A stretch of DNA of 64,000 nt from an uncultured delta proteobacterium (GTDB lineage Bacteria > Desulfobacterota > Desulfobacteria > Desulfobacterales > Desulfosalsimonadaceae). Below the pieces are notes generated by a model. The model did not search any database and was not told the DNA's origin. It worked only from the letters and a program-made list of their open reading frames with translations. The stretch is taken from NCBI GenBank assembly GCA_963826785.1, contig CAWGYD010000010.1, positions 32,001 to 96,000 on the forward strand, written 5' to 3'. The translations under genes and the position numbers were made by a program. Of the stretch, positions 32,621 to 43,160 are shown piece by piece; within the stretch, counting starts at the first letter, position 1, and every line of letters begins with the position of its first letter.

Positions 32621-33715
32621 TTACTCGTATACCCAGCTGATCACCCGACAGTACCATTTGCCGGTTTCGCTGTTTTTTTCCCGCATGACGATCACCCGGG
32701 CATTGGCTGTCCGGTCATGCAGCGTTCCGCTGCATTCGATGCGGAATATATCGCTTTGGGTGGTGATCAGTCCGGGGTCGATCTCCACGTCCCCGGCGCC
32801 GGGCACCTCCTTGTACCAGGTGGGACTGGTCAGTTCATGAAGGAACTGGTCTTCCGACTTTTCCTCCCGGTAAGCCGCAATTTCTGCGGCCAGAAACTCC
32901 TGCCCGATGGGGAGCATGGCGGCGATCACCGGTATATCAGCGGTATTTATATTGATTTTTCCTTCGAAGGTAAAGCGATTATTTGCCGCGGTCGCCCCAA
33001 AAACACTCATATACTGAGAAATGCCCGCCAGAATGTCGCTGGAACTGTAAAACAGCTCCGGCGTAATGTTTTTAATCCGGGTCAGCTCCTCGATGTGCCG
33101 GATGGGACCGTTCCGGCAGCTGTAGGGCGGGTCCAGGTCCTGATAATATTCATCTTCGGCCCCATTTAAGCCGGTGACGGTATCATTGTCATCGCTGTCG
33201 AGCCAGTCTTTGACCGGATTGACGATCTCGCTGGGGTCGGTGACATCCTCCATGAACGCGTTTTCATCTTCCTGGGCGGATAGAATCAGGGCCATGAACC
33301 GAAACCACAGATCCCGCTGGACCGGATTGAATTCCCTGCCGTCCGGAAACGCCACCAGGGCATTTACCTGGATCCGGGACAATTCATCGGATATAAAAAG
33401 AGAGAGGCTGCCCTCATCAAAAGGCGTCTGGGCCAGTACCTCCTCAATTTTTAAGGGATTGGCCCAATCCTCCTGGATGGAATCCACTTCCGAGTCTGCT
33501 TTGTCCGCAATCAGCAGGGACTGGGCGATGGTCACCCCGGATTCGATCATGTTCGTGAGTTCCAACCGGTCCCGGGCATTGGCGGCATCTTCGACCCCGC
33601 CGCGAATCTGCCGGTTGAGTTCGAAGGTCATGGCCACCAGCAGCGAAATGATCGCCAGCGTAATGATCAGGGCGATTCCGCGATTATTGTTCAAAACGGC
33701 ATTGGGGCCTTTCAT
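32621..33715 (-). CDS. gspK: Minor pseudopilin K
   Basis: RG-IALIITL prepilin site, DWLDSD, GAEDEYY, EELTRI, ININTA. Confidence 0.92.
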   Translation of the reverse strand: MKGPNAVLNNNRGIALIITLAIISLLVAMTFELNRQIRGGVEDAANARDRLELTNMIESGVTIAQSLLIADKADSEVDSIQEDWANPLKIEEVLAQTPFDEGSLSLFISDELSRIQVNALVAFPDGREFNPVQRDLWFRFMALILSAQEDENAFMEDVTDPSEIVNPVKDWLDSDDNDTVTGLNGAEDEYYQDLDPPYSCRNGPIRHIEELTRIKNITPELFYSSSDILAGISQYMSVFGATAANNRFTFEGKININTADIPVIAAMLPIGQEFLAAEIAAYREEKSEDQFLHELTSPTWYKEVPGAGDVEIDPGLITTQSDIFRIECSGTLHDRTANARVIVMREKNSETGKWYCRVISWVYE

Positions 33716-33716
33716 G

Positions 33717-34451
33717 CTATTTGATCTCTTCCCGGTAGACCGGCAGCGCAACACGGGTCCGAAAGGTGTAGGTTTCGGACTGCTGCTTCAACGTCAGCTC
33801 GATCTCCACGGCCCTGGGGGTGGCATATTTGATGAAATCGGACTGGGAATCCCATTGTTCCTGGGCTTCTCCGGCCGGGTCATAATAGGTTATCTTGATC
33901 TCCGATACGGATTCGCACAGCACGGGGTCCAATTCGGAATCCTCGAACCGCTCTTTTTCCTTCTGATCGTACGGATAAATATGATCTGCCCGCTTCAGAA
34001 CATAATCGGGCTCCCCTCCTTCTCCCCGGTTTTCGACGTAATAGATGATCTCGGCAATGCCTTTCTGCCGCTCATCCCCCATGGGCAGATGGGAAGCGGA
34101 AGCGAACCGGAGCCGGGGAAAACTCTGCGTGCCCACAAACTGCTCTTCTCCCACAAACCGGTAAGGGTCGGGGGGGGCATTATAATCCGGTTTTTTGAAC
34201 ATGGGCGGCAGTTCGATATAGAGTGTTTTCAAATCCATGGTCATTCGGTTCAATGCCGTCTGGGCGGACTCATAGACATCCATGCCCCGGGTGATGGCGT
34301 GGTTTTTGGACGCCACCGCGTTAAAAGACCCATAGATGGTGGCTGCCACCACGGCAAAAATAAAAATGGCGATCAGCACCTCCAGAAGCGTAAAGCCGGC
34401 TTGGGGGTTTGCATGCCGCTGCTTTTTTTTTCTCATCCGGTCAGGACGCAT
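33717..34451 (-). CDS. gspJ: Minor pseudopilin J
   Basis: AG-FTLLEVLIAI N-methylation motif; PRAVEIEL; operon order. Confidence 0.85.
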   Translation of the reverse strand: MRPDRMRKKKQRHANPQAGFTLLEVLIAIFIFAVVAATIYGSFNAVASKNHAITRGMDVYESAQTALNRMTMDLKTLYIELPPMFKKPDYNAPPDPYRFVGEEQFVGTQSFPRLRFASASHLPMGDERQKGIAEIIYYVENRGEGGEPDYVLKRADHIYPYDQKEKERFEDSELDPVLCESVSEIKITYYDPAGEAQEQWDSQSDFIKYATPRAVEIELTLKQQSETYTFRTRVALPVYREEIK

Positions 34452-34878
34452 CGGGCGCTTCGGCCTCCGGGTTGATGTACTGGGTGAAGGTGTATTTGAG
34501 GTCTTTATTGAAGGTGATAATCAGATCGATCCTTTTTAACTGAAATTTCGGCCCTTCTATAACATCGACAGGGACATCCTCGGCCTTGATCTGCCAGGCG
34601 TATCCCGGGTACTTGTCCCCGAAATCGCCGGAGCCGTCCATTTCCGCGGCAGCCGGATCGGCCTTGATTTCGGCCATCTTGGCCTGGGAGAGCAGCGAGG
34701 CCATGGTGTAAAACCGCGATGACTCATTCATGGAGATGGTCTGGCCCTGCAGGCGCAGCACGCTTACCAGCACAATGGCGATAATCGCCATGGACACCAT
34801 GACTTCAAGGAGGGTGAACCCGGCCCTTTCCATAAGCTTCCGATCGGGGGGGCTATTTAAATTCATGGTACTGATCAT
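34441..34878 (-). CDS. gspI: Minor pseudopilin I
   Basis: AG-FTLLEVMVS; operon order. Confidence 0.85.
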   Translation of the reverse strand: MISTMNLNSPPDRKLMERAGFTLLEVMVSMAIIAIVLVSVLRLQGQTISMNESSRFYTMASLLSQAKMAEIKADPAAAEMDGSGDFGDKYPGYAWQIKAEDVPVDVIEGPKFQLKRIDLIITFNKDLKYTFTQYINPEAEAPDAS

Positions 34879-35392
34879 AGCGTTTCACCTGGGCCAAAAA
34901 CGGCTCGATGCGATAGGAAATGGCTTCATCTTCCGGATTTTCCACATGGAGAATGGCCATGTCGGAATATCCCTGCGGATAGAACCGGACAGCTACTGTC
35001 CCGGTGGTCTTTTTACCGGACCGGGGAAATTCTACATCGTGGAGCCGGTAACCGGCCGGGAGGCGAAATTCATTTTCTTTGGTGGCCGCTTCTGTTTCCG
35101 GGGCGGCCGCTTCTTCCGGACCGGCTTCGTCGGACACCCACATGAGATTGTTGTCAAGATCGATGTTGAGCACTTTTACCACCTGCTGGTTGACGGCCGC
35201 ATCCCCGGCGGCCCGGACATTGAGCAGAATCCAGTTCGACAGTTTTCGCTGCGGGTTGGAAAACGGATTCAAATCCAGACGGGGAAGCGCATACGCCAGC
35301 GTCGTGCTGAGAAGCGCGATCACAACGATGAGCTCGATAAGGGTAAACGCATGATTCTTACGGATATGATCGATTATGGGAAACAAGGCCAA
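34853..35392 (-). CDS. gspH: Minor pseudopilin H
   Basis: HA-FTLIELIVVI and FYPQG; operon order. Confidence 0.8.
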   Translation of the reverse strand: MALFPIIDHIRKNHAFTLIELIVVIALLSTTLAYALPRLDLNPFSNPQRKLSNWILLNVRAAGDAAVNQQVVKVLNIDLDNNLMWVSDEAGPEEAAAPETEAATKENEFRLPAGYRLHDVEFPRSGKKTTGTVAVRFYPQGYSDMAILHVENPEDEAISYRIEPFLAQVKRYDQYHEFK

Positions 35393-35568
35393 ACCGCTTT
35401 GCTGGATATGATTGACTGGATGGGGAATGTCAGGACTGTTTTATGCCCGTTTTTCCTTCAAAATACGACCCTGTAGAGGCTGCGTTGACACATTTAAGCG
35501 TATCCGCCAAACGTCCTTCGCCGCCTTTTTCAGCATCAATTTGGAATTCAAACGGAATTTAAAACCGG

Positions 35569-35997
35569 CTACTCGATATCCCAGTTGTTGATATCCTGGT
35601 TATACCCGTCACCCCCGGCTTCACCGTCGGCGCCATAGGAAATGATGTCATATTCCCCGTGCAGGCCGGGGGACAGATAGACATAATCATTTCCCCAGGG
35701 ATCCTTGGCGACCTTGTTCTTTTCCATATAGCCGCCTTCCCGCCAGTTTTTAGCGGTTTTTCCGGTGTCCGGCGCCTGGATCAATGCCTCAAGTCCCTGT
35801 TCGGTGGTGGGGTATGTGCCATTATCGAGCTTATATAATTTAAGAGCGGTTTCAATTGCCTGGATGTCCACTTTCGCCTTCACCTGCTTGGCCTGCTCGG
35901 GCCGGCCCATCAACCGGGGGGCCACGTACACGGCCAGGATGCTCAGGATCACGATGACCACCATCAATTCAATGAGGGTGAATCCTTTCTGGTTCAT
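35569..35997 (-). CDS. gspG: Major pseudopilin G
   Basis: [42 protein letters not shown]. Confidence 0.97.
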   Translation of the reverse strand: MNQKGFTLIELMVVIVILSILAVYVAPRLMGRPEQAKQVKAKVDIQAIETALKLYKLDNGTYPTTEQGLEALIQAPDTGKTAKNWREGGYMEKNKVAKDPWGNDYVYLSPGLHGEYDIISYGADGEAGGDGYNQDINNWDIE

Positions 35998-36184
35998 TTT
36001 CGCTGCTTCCTTTTCAGTGTCACCCGCAAACGGGTGTGCACTATTTGGCATCATCCTTATCTATTTTATTTTGCATCGGAATGATGAAATGAGTTAATGA
36101 TAATTGGTTATGATCTCTATCGAATCCGCATTCAAAGATCAAGTCTTTTTCTATTTCAATGATGTATCCTGATTATAGGAGGTT

Positions 36185-36979
36185 ATGGTGAAACAGGCCG
36201 ATTATGCGGCATTTGACCGCCCCGAGATCACCCGCTTTCTTTTTCACCCCCGGTCCGAAAACGGGCTTGCTCCCCCTGCCGGATGTGATCTTCTGCGCAT
36301 CCGCACCGCCGATGGGACCCGCATCGGCGGCCGCTCCTATTTTCAGGCGGCGGAGGCGGCCCATATCCTCTTTTTTCACGGAAACGGGGAAATCGCCCAG
36401 GATTACGATGACATCGCGCGGGTATACAATTCAGTGGGCTTAAATTTCTCCGTGATCGATTACCGGGGCTATGGCACAAGCGAGGGGACGCCGACGATTG
36501 CGGCCATGCTCGCCGACAGTCATGATGTCTTTGAATTCATGGAAGGCCGGCTTGCCGAGCGCCGCCATACCGGCCCCCGGTGGATCATGGGACGATCATT
36601 GGGAAGCGCCCCGGCCATCGAAGCAGCCCATATTTTTGCGGAAAAAATTGACGGGCTGATCATCGAAAGCGGGTTTGCCCGCACTCTTGATCTGCTCGCC
36701 CGCATCGGGATCGATCCTGACCAACTGGGGATCACCGAAAACCCTGCCTCATCCAACCAGGGCAAAATCGCCGATATAGCAATCCCCACCCTGATCATGC
36801 ACGGCGAATTCGACCAGATCATCCCGGTCTCCCATGCCCGTGACCTGTTCAGACAATCACCGGCCTCCGCAAAGAAGCTGCACATCATCCCGGGTGCGGA
36901 CCACAATACCCTGATGCCTGCGGCGGGAATGGCCTATTTTCAAGTGATTTCCGATTTCATTACAGAAAATTCGAGATGA
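36185..36979 (+). CDS. Alpha/beta hydrolase (ABHD17/BEM46-like)
   Basis: FFHGNGE, DYRGYG, GRSLG nucleophile, HGEFD, GADHN. Confidence 0.9.
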   Translation: MVKQADYAAFDRPEITRFLFHPRSENGLAPPAGCDLLRIRTADGTRIGGRSYFQAAEAAHILFFHGNGEIAQDYDDIARVYNSVGLNFSVIDYRGYGTSEGTPTIAAMLADSHDVFEFMEGRLAERRHTGPRWIMGRSLGSAPAIEAAHIFAEKIDGLIIESGFARTLDLLARIGIDPDQLGITENPASSNQGKIADIAIPTLIMHGEFDQIIPVSHARDLFRQSPASAKKLHIIPGADHNTLMPAAGMAYFQVISDFITENSR

Positions 36980-37066
36980 TGAGGGGATTGAAAAGCCAGT
37001 CATCATGAGTCAGGACGAACACGATAATCCGATACTTTATACTTAATCATCCAAGGAACTTAAAAA

Positions 37067-38422
37067 ATGTCAAAAATACATGATTGTTCGTTGATTGACA
37101 CCGCCACCCACTGGGACGATGCGCCGGAAATAATCGCGGTGTCCGCATCGGACCGGCAGGCTCTGGCAGGAAAGCTTTCCCGGCTGAGCAAAGCGTTTTT
37201 AAACGGCACGCCCCTTGCCGATGTCGCCGGGGAATCGCGCAGGACCTTTGAACCGCAAATGCCCTGCCGCCTGGCCATGACAATGGAAAACGAAGTTGAG
37301 ATGCAGCAGATCGACGGCGTTGTCACGGCTTTAATGGCCGATCCGCCGACGGATGTCGAATCCGGCGCCATCTGGTTTGGTGAGAACCCGGCGCCCGGCC
37401 GGCTGGCGTTTGTGTTTCCGGGCCAGGGCAGCCAGTACGTCATGATGGGAAGCGACCTGGTGACCGCGTTTCCCGAAGCCCGGCAGATGATTGCCGCCGC
37501 CGAATCCGCGTTTGGAAAAGATGCATCCCTGATCCAACTTATGTATCCGCCCGAAACCGCCGACCAGGCCGAACAGACCGCCCAGGAGGAAAGCCTGCGG
37601 TCCACGGATGCGGCCCAGCCCGCCATCGGGGCCGTCAGCCTGGCCATGGCCCGGATCCTGGCCCGATTCGACATCGTGCCGGACGGAACCTGCGGGCACA
37701 GCTACGGGGAGCTGACCGCCCTTTGCGTGTCGGGCCGCATCACCCGGGAGGCCTTTTTGGATCTGTCGGCAGCCCGTGGAAAATTCATGGCCCAGGCAGG
37801 AAAATCCGGTGAAAAGGGCGGTATGATGGCCATACGCGCACCCATGGATAAAATCGAATCCATCATTTCAGAGAACAAACTGGATGTGGTGCTGGCCAAC
37901 CGCAACAGCCCGGACCAGGGGGTGGTCTCCGGCCCGGTGACCGAAATTGAAAAGATGAAGACCGTTTGCCGGGAAAACCGGGTGGTGGCCAGTATCCTGC
38001 CGGTATCGGCCGCCTTTCACAGCCGACTGGTCCAGGACGCGGCCACGCCTTTCAAGGAATTGCTGGCACGGGTTGAGTTTCATGCATCTAAAACCGCAGT
38101 TTATTCCAATACCACGGCCCGGCCCTATCCAAATGATCCGCAGTCAACCGCAAAACAGCTGGGGGAGCACCTGCTTAACCCGGTCCGGTTTGCAGAAGAA
38201 ATACAAAGTATGCATGAAGACGGGTTTAAAACCTTCGTGGAAGTGGGTCCCAAAGCCGTACTGACCGGCCTGGTCAAGGCTATCCTGAAATCCCGGACGG
38301 TTGATGCCGTCGCCCTGGATGCCGCCGCGGGCCGCCGCCCCGGCATGTGGGACCTGGCCCGCCTGCTCTGCTTCCTGGCCTCCCGGGGATATCCCGTGGC
38401 TCTTCATAAATGGCGGAGATGA
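37067..38422 (+). CDS. Stand-alone PKS/Pfa-type acyltransferase (linker plus AT domain)
   Basis: FVFPGQGSQY, AQPAI, GHSYGE, ANRNSP, AAFHS, FVEVGP; no KS or ACP domain. Confidence 0.85.
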   Translation: MSKIHDCSLIDTATHWDDAPEIIAVSASDRQALAGKLSRLSKAFLNGTPLADVAGESRRTFEPQMPCRLAMTMENEVEMQQIDGVVTALMADPPTDVESGAIWFGENPAPGRLAFVFPGQGSQYVMMGSDLVTAFPEARQMIAAAESAFGKDASLIQLMYPPETADQAEQTAQEESLRSTDAAQPAIGAVSLAMARILARFDIVPDGTCGHSYGELTALCVSGRITREAFLDLSAARGKFMAQAGKSGEKGGMMAIRAPMDKIESIISENKLDVVLANRNSPDQGVVSGPVTEIEKMKTVCRENRVVASILPVSAAFHSRLVQDAATPFKELLARVEFHASKTAVYSNTTARPYPNDPQSTAKQLGEHLLNPVRFAEEIQSMHEDGFKTFVEVGPKAVLTGLVKAILKSRTVDAVALDAAAGRRPGMWDLARLLCFLASRGYPVALHKWRR

Positions 38423-38439
38423 TTTTTTTCGCAATCGAT

Positions 38440-41400
38440 TTAATTTGCAATAGTTTTCCCGCAGTAGGGGCAGAATTTGAAATCCTCCATGGCCAGCGGC
38501 TGTTTGCAGGATTTGCACATATCCGCGGTGGGCATGAGTTCCACCAGCAGTTCGCCCTCCTGGACCGGCACCATTTTGCGGTCTTCCTTGTAATTGGCGG
38601 TTTTCAGCACCCGTTTGACCACGCCGTCCACCTTGGCCGCCACCGCTTTTTCCTGTTTCATGATGGAGACGTTGAACAGTTCATCGCCGGCCTTGACGAA
38701 CTCGCCCACATCCACGTACATGGCCCACAGATCGCCATTGCTGGGCGCCGCAAGGTGGAGGCTGTTCTTGGGATCGGCCATCTCCAGGGATGATCCTTCA
38801 TGGGATTCGGGTTCACGCACCTGGACCTGGCAGGTGAAGATCTCGGAATCCAGCAGGTACCGGACCACGCTCATCCCCTTTTTGCGGGGGGGGGATATGT
38901 CAAAAATCACCATCTTATGGGGTTTTCCCAGGCTGTCCGTGAACTGGAGTTCCTGGTTGCGTTCCAAGCCCTCGAACCAGACATCCAGCGGCAGCTGATT
39001 GGGATTTCCGAACCGCTTTTGAAATTCAATGGTTTTGAGCGCATCTCCCGGATGGTTCAGGTACAGCACCAGTTCTTCCTCCGTAGGCTGCCGCTTGATC
39101 ATTTCCTGGAGCTGTTTTCTTTCCTTTTCGATGTCCACTTCCTCCAGAAATTCCAGCGGGGATGATTCGGTCCGGTTTTCCAGCGCCCACTGGCTGTCGG
39201 GGCCGAATACGCTATGATAGACCCATTCATCCGGAAAGCCCAGTGGGAGCTTTCCATACTTGCCCAGCAGCAGGTCCTTGAATGCATCATTGCTGTCCCG
39301 GTAAAGCTTCAGCCGGTCCCGGCGCATCTCTTCGTTCAGCTCATGTTCGGGAACGGTCGCCACGGTTTCCAGCACCTTGAGCATGTGCCGGACATGGCGC
39401 TCCCCTCCCCTCTTGAAGGCGCCGGTGACCGCCAGGAACGCCGTGTTCCAGGTGATCTGGGATCCCGGGGTGACATCATGGTACCTCACAATCTTGCGGG
39501 TGCCGGCCAGGAAACGCAGCATGTAGGGGAGCAGCCGGATGTAGCCCTGCTTGAGCGCCCCTTCCTGGGACGAGGAGGTGGCCCCGCCCGGCATGCCGTG
39601 TTCCACCACGTCATAGTCGATCCCCTGGAAATGGGGGGAGCAGTACCGGTCATAGAAGGGCATGATCTGCTTGAGAAGGAAGTTGCACTGCCGGATCATC
39701 TCCTTGTTCAGGCGGGTTTTGAGCCCCAGTTCCTCTTCCATGTAGGCGGCGGTGGAAAGCACTTCCCCCTGTCCGTACCAGCGGACCGATGCACCGATGG
39801 CCGTGTCCACGATGTGGGCGCCGGCTGCGGCGGCGGCCCCCACCGCCGGGACGAACAGGCCGTCGGTATAATGCCGGTGATAATGCAGGACCAGATCGGG
39901 ATACTTGCTGCGGATAGCTTGAACCAGTTCGCGTATGAACCGCGGCGGACATACCCCGGCCATGTCTTTCAAGCCCAGGATAATCAGCCGGCTGGCGGCT
40001 TTTGTGCTCACCCCGGCCGCATCGGCCGTCATTTTCAGGATTTCTTCGGTCACGGTCAGGTAGCGGTTCACATCAAATCCCCGGGCATAGGAAAGCGATA
40101 TGGCCGGTTCAAAAATGTTGGCGCCGGAATTGAGCACGATTTCCGCAAACGGCCGCATGTTTTCGGTATGGTTGAGAAAATCAAAGCACCGGATCACGTC
40201 GTAATGCTGGCAGATCATCTCCGCCGTCTTTTGCATCACCGAAGCCGGCTGGGGTTTGTATCCCAGGACATTGGTGGAGCGGATGAGGACCTGCTTTAAA
40301 CTGTGGGGCGCAAACACATCCCATTCCGCCGCCTCGGAGAACGGATAGGTCATGTTGGCCAGCATGGCCACGTGAAAATGGGCCCCGCCTCCGTTTTCGA
40401 TGGAGAAGAACCCGCAGCCGTCCAGATACGGGCCGATGACCCGGTCCTCGGCCAGCCGGAACCGGTTTCCGCTGTTGGACTGGGTGATATCCCGGGTGGT
40501 GGTGTCGGTGAAATGGACAAATCCGCTGTCCCGGACAAAATCCAGGACCGCCTTCCGGTCCCCCCGCGGATAATGAAAATCTTCTGCAACCTTTCTGATC
40601 CGGGGTTTTACAATTTCGATCCGCTCCAGCCGCTTGTCGGATATGCCGCGGTATTCACCCAACTGGACATATGGATTGTACCCCCGGGCGGATATTTCGG
40701 CCACCAGCCGGGACAGCCGCAGGGATTCGGGCTCCTGGTCCGTATAATCCATGAGTTCCGGATTTTCCTCGATAAACCGGGTGTCGTAATCCGCCCGGAC
40801 GAATCCGGGGTGCTTGATGATCTGCCTGAGAAAGGGGATGGTGGTCTTTACCCCGCCCACCATGTATTCCCGCAGGGCCCGCTGGATGATTTTCACGGTT
40901 TTGATCCAGGAATTGCCGTAGGCGATGAGCAGCGCTGCGGCAGAATCATAATTGGAAGGAAAGCGGTACCCTTCCGTTACGCAGGAGTCGAGACGGATGC
41001 CCTGCCCGCCCGGCGACACGTACCGGGTGATCGTGCCGGAATTGGGGGCGAACTGGTTCTGGGGGTCCTCGCAGTTGATCCGGACCTGCATGGCATGCTG
41101 GAACGGTTTAGTGGTTTTTTCGGAAAACCGCAGCTTGGCGCCAAAGGCAATGGCCACCTGCTCCTCCACAAGATCGATGCCGTAGCGGCACTCTGTGATC
41201 CCGTGCTCTACCTGGAGCCGGGTGTTGACCTCGATCAGGTAGGGATTGGCATCCCGATCCAGCAGGAACTCCACCGTGGCCAGGGAATGATACCCCACTG
41301 CCTGGATCAGTTTTTCCGAATACTGCTTCAGGCGCTTTCTGATGGCAGGCGTCATGCCGCTCCAGGGGGAAGGCGTGATTTCCACCAGTTTCTGGTGGTT

Positions 41401-42135
41401 GCGCTGAACCGTACAGTCGCGCTCGTCGAAGGCGAACACGTTTCCATATTGGTCGGCAATCACCTGAATTTCAATGTGCCGGACCGATGTCAAAAATTTT
41501 TCCACGTACAGGCGGGAATTGCCGAATGCGGCCTCGGCCATGACCGATGCCTTGGTAAACGCCTTTTCCAGCTGTTCATCGGACCAGACTTCATAAATGC
41601 CCCGCCCGCCGCCGCCGCCTTCTGCTTTGAGCATGATGGGGTAGCCGATCTCTTTTGCGATTTTCTTGGCCTGGGCAATGGTGACCGCTTTTTCAGAACC
41701 CGGCACCACCGGGACATCGAGTTTCCGGGCAAGATTTCGAACCGCCACCTTGTTGCCCAGGGTCTTCATTCCATCAGCCGGCGGACCGATGAAGGTGATG
41801 CCGGCTTTTTTGCATTTAGCCGGAAACTGGTCGTTCTCCGCAATGAATCCCCAGCCCGGATGGATGCCGATGATCCCCCTCTTCCTGGCTTTACGGATGA
41901 TCAGGTCGAGATCCAGATAGGCATTTGGGTCTTCCCCCAGCAGGAGCAGTTCATAGGCGCCCAGCGTGGAAGGGGAAGTCTTGTCCACGTCGGTGGCCGT
42001 CATGATGGGCACCGCCTCCAGGCGCTCGGATATGGACCGGCTGATCCGGCGGGCGGGGATTCCCCGATTGGCGATCAGAATCGGTTTGCCTTCGATTTCC
42101 TTCTGTACCTGTTCAAATGTTTTCGGCTTGCGCAT
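38440..42135 (-). CDS. pyc: Single-chain pyruvate carboxylase with a C-terminal zinc ribbon
   Basis: LIANRG, HPGWGF, RDCTVQR.HQK, EVNTRLQVEH (BC); RDITQS, LKDMAG, HRH (CT); IMKQE biotinyl Lys. Confidence 0.92.
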   Translation of the reverse strand: MRKPKTFEQVQKEIEGKPILIANRGIPARRISRSISERLEAVPIMTATDVDKTSPSTLGAYELLLLGEDPNAYLDLDLIIRKARKRGIIGIHPGWGFIAENDQFPAKCKKAGITFIGPPADGMKTLGNKVAVRNLARKLDVPVVPGSEKAVTIAQAKKIAKEIGYPIMLKAEGGGGGRGIYEVWSDEQLEKAFTKASVMAEAAFGNSRLYVEKFLTSVRHIEIQVIADQYGNVFAFDERDCTVQRNHQKLVEITPSPWSGMTPAIRKRLKQYSEKLIQAVGYHSLATVEFLLDRDANPYLIEVNTRLQVEHGITECRYGIDLVEEQVAIAFGAKLRFSEKTTKPFQHAMQVRINCEDPQNQFAPNSGTITRYVSPGGQGIRLDSCVTEGYRFPSNYDSAAALLIAYGNSWIKTVKIIQRALREYMVGGVKTTIPFLRQIIKHPGFVRADYDTRFIEENPELMDYTDQEPESLRLSRLVAEISARGYNPYVQLGEYRGISDKRLERIEIVKPRIRKVAEDFHYPRGDRKAVLDFVRDSGFVHFTDTTTRDITQSNSGNRFRLAEDRVIGPYLDGCGFFSIENGGGAHFHVAMLANMTYPFSEAAEWDVFAPHSLKQVLIRSTNVLGYKPQPASVMQKTAEMICQHYDVIRCFDFLNHTENMRPFAEIVLNSGANIFEPAISLSYARGFDVNRYLTVTEEILKMTADAAGVSTKAASRLIILGLKDMAGVCPPRFIRELVQAIRSKYPDLVLHYHRHYTDGLFVPAVGAAAAAGAHIVDTAIGASVRWYGQGEVLSTAAYMEEELGLKTRLNKEMIRQCNFLLKQIMPFYDRYCSPHFQGIDYDVVEHGMPGGATSSSQEGALKQGYIRLLPYMLRFLAGTRKIVRYHDVTPGSQITWNTAFLAVTGAFKRGGERHVRHMLKVLETVATVPEHELNEEMRRDRLKLYRDSNDAFKDLLLGKYGKLPLGFPDEWVYHSVFGPDSQWALENRTESSPLEFLEEVDIEKERKQLQEMIKRQPTEEELVLYLNHPGDALKTIEFQKRFGNPNQLPLDVWFEGLERNQELQFTDSLGKPHKMVIFDISPPRKKGMSVVRYLLDSEIFTCQVQVREPESHEGSSLEMADPKNSLHLAAPSNGDLWAMYVDVGEFVKAGDELFNVSIMKQEKAVAAKVDGVVKRVLKTANYKEDRKMVPVQEGELLVELMPTADMCKSCKQPLAMEDFKFCPYCGKTIAN

Positions 42136-42227
42136 CTGCTCTATCTTTCCATATCTAAAAGGTTTTGCTTACCGGACCCGCAAAAGATCCGGTTTCCTTC
42201 GCATTGCAAAAAAATCACCGGGTAAGG

Positions 42228-43160
42228 TTATCCCTCATCATCTAAAATAATACTTCCCGTATGAAGGATCGTCTCCGTATCCCCCGAGCGCAGAATCAAC
42301 CCGCCGTCCGGCGCCAGCCCGGTGATGATGCCCTGTGAAATGCTGTTTTGGGCAGACCTGACCAGCACCCGACGGCCCATCCATGCCATTTTCGGGGCAA
42401 GCAGTTTCATGAACTGTTCCGGTTCCATTGAATGAAAAATACCCTCCAGACGTTCTTTTCCGGAAGTGACTATCTGCGTCCATAATGAAAGAGGGCCGGT
42501 CGCAAACCCTTCGTGAGCCAGACTGGTGGCGCCCACCGCAAAATCATTTCGCAGCAGATGGTCCGTCGGAAAATGGGCGGCATTGATCCCGATTCCCACC
42601 ATGACATATTCCGGGCGGTCTTCGATGAGGATCCCCCCGCATTTGCGGTTTGAAATCAAAAGATCGTTGGGCCATTTGATCCGGATCGGAATTCGATGCT
42701 GTTCCAGGGCCACGGCGACCACATACCCGGCCAGCAGCGATAAAAATCCGCGCCATTTGGGATCCACCCCATGTTCGGCATGGACGCCGGGCCACATCCA
42801 TGCCCCGTAGATGTTTCCCGGCGGGGATACCCAGTTCCGTCCGCGCTGCCCCCTGCCCGCGGTCTGCTCCACCGCCAGGAGGGAATCCCAGTCGGTGATG
42901 CGGCCGTATTGTCTGAAATGCCGGGCGGCATCCATGCTGGAAGCGCAGCGGCCGCAGAGCACCACCGTGCTGTCCCGGGCATCTTTTTCCGCCTGCCACA
43001 CGAGTGGACCGGAATCGGCCGATGAAAGGTCCTGTCGCCCGGGCCGCCATTTCCCCCAGGCCGCCAGGTCCTTTGCCCATTCCGGGCTTTTCCCGGAAAG
43101 GACTGCCGGGTCAAGCGCTTCCATCAAACCGGGAATTTCTTCACCCCACATGATTACCAT
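42228..43160 (-). CDS. birA: Biotin protein ligase with a non-HTH N-terminal extension
   Basis: QTAGRGQRGRNW.SP, IKWPND, KCGGIL, GIGIN; directly upstream of pyc. Confidence 0.92.
   Translation of the reverse strand: MVIMWGEEIPGLMEALDPAVLSGKSPEWAKDLAAWGKWRPGRQDLSSADSGPLVWQAEKDARDSTVVLCGRCASSMDAARHFRQYGRITDWDSLLAVEQTAGRGQRGRNWVSPPGNIYGAWMWPGVHAEHGVDPKWRGFLSLLAGYVVAVALEQHRIPIRIKWPNDLLISNRKCGGILIEDRPEYVMVGIGINAAHFPTDHLLRNDFAVGATSLAHEGFATGPLSLWTQIVTSGKERLEGIFHSMEPEQFMKLLAPKMAWMGRRVLVRSAQNSISQGIITGLAPDGGLILRSGDTETILHTGSIILDDEG

Noticed and set aside
33174..34475. 433-aa Ser-rich ORF on the plus strand
   Set aside because: Antisense to gspK/gspJ; composition reflects the reverse frame.
40303..42225. 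640-aa ORF on the plus strand
   Set aside because: Antisense shadow of pyc; no RBS or domain signature.
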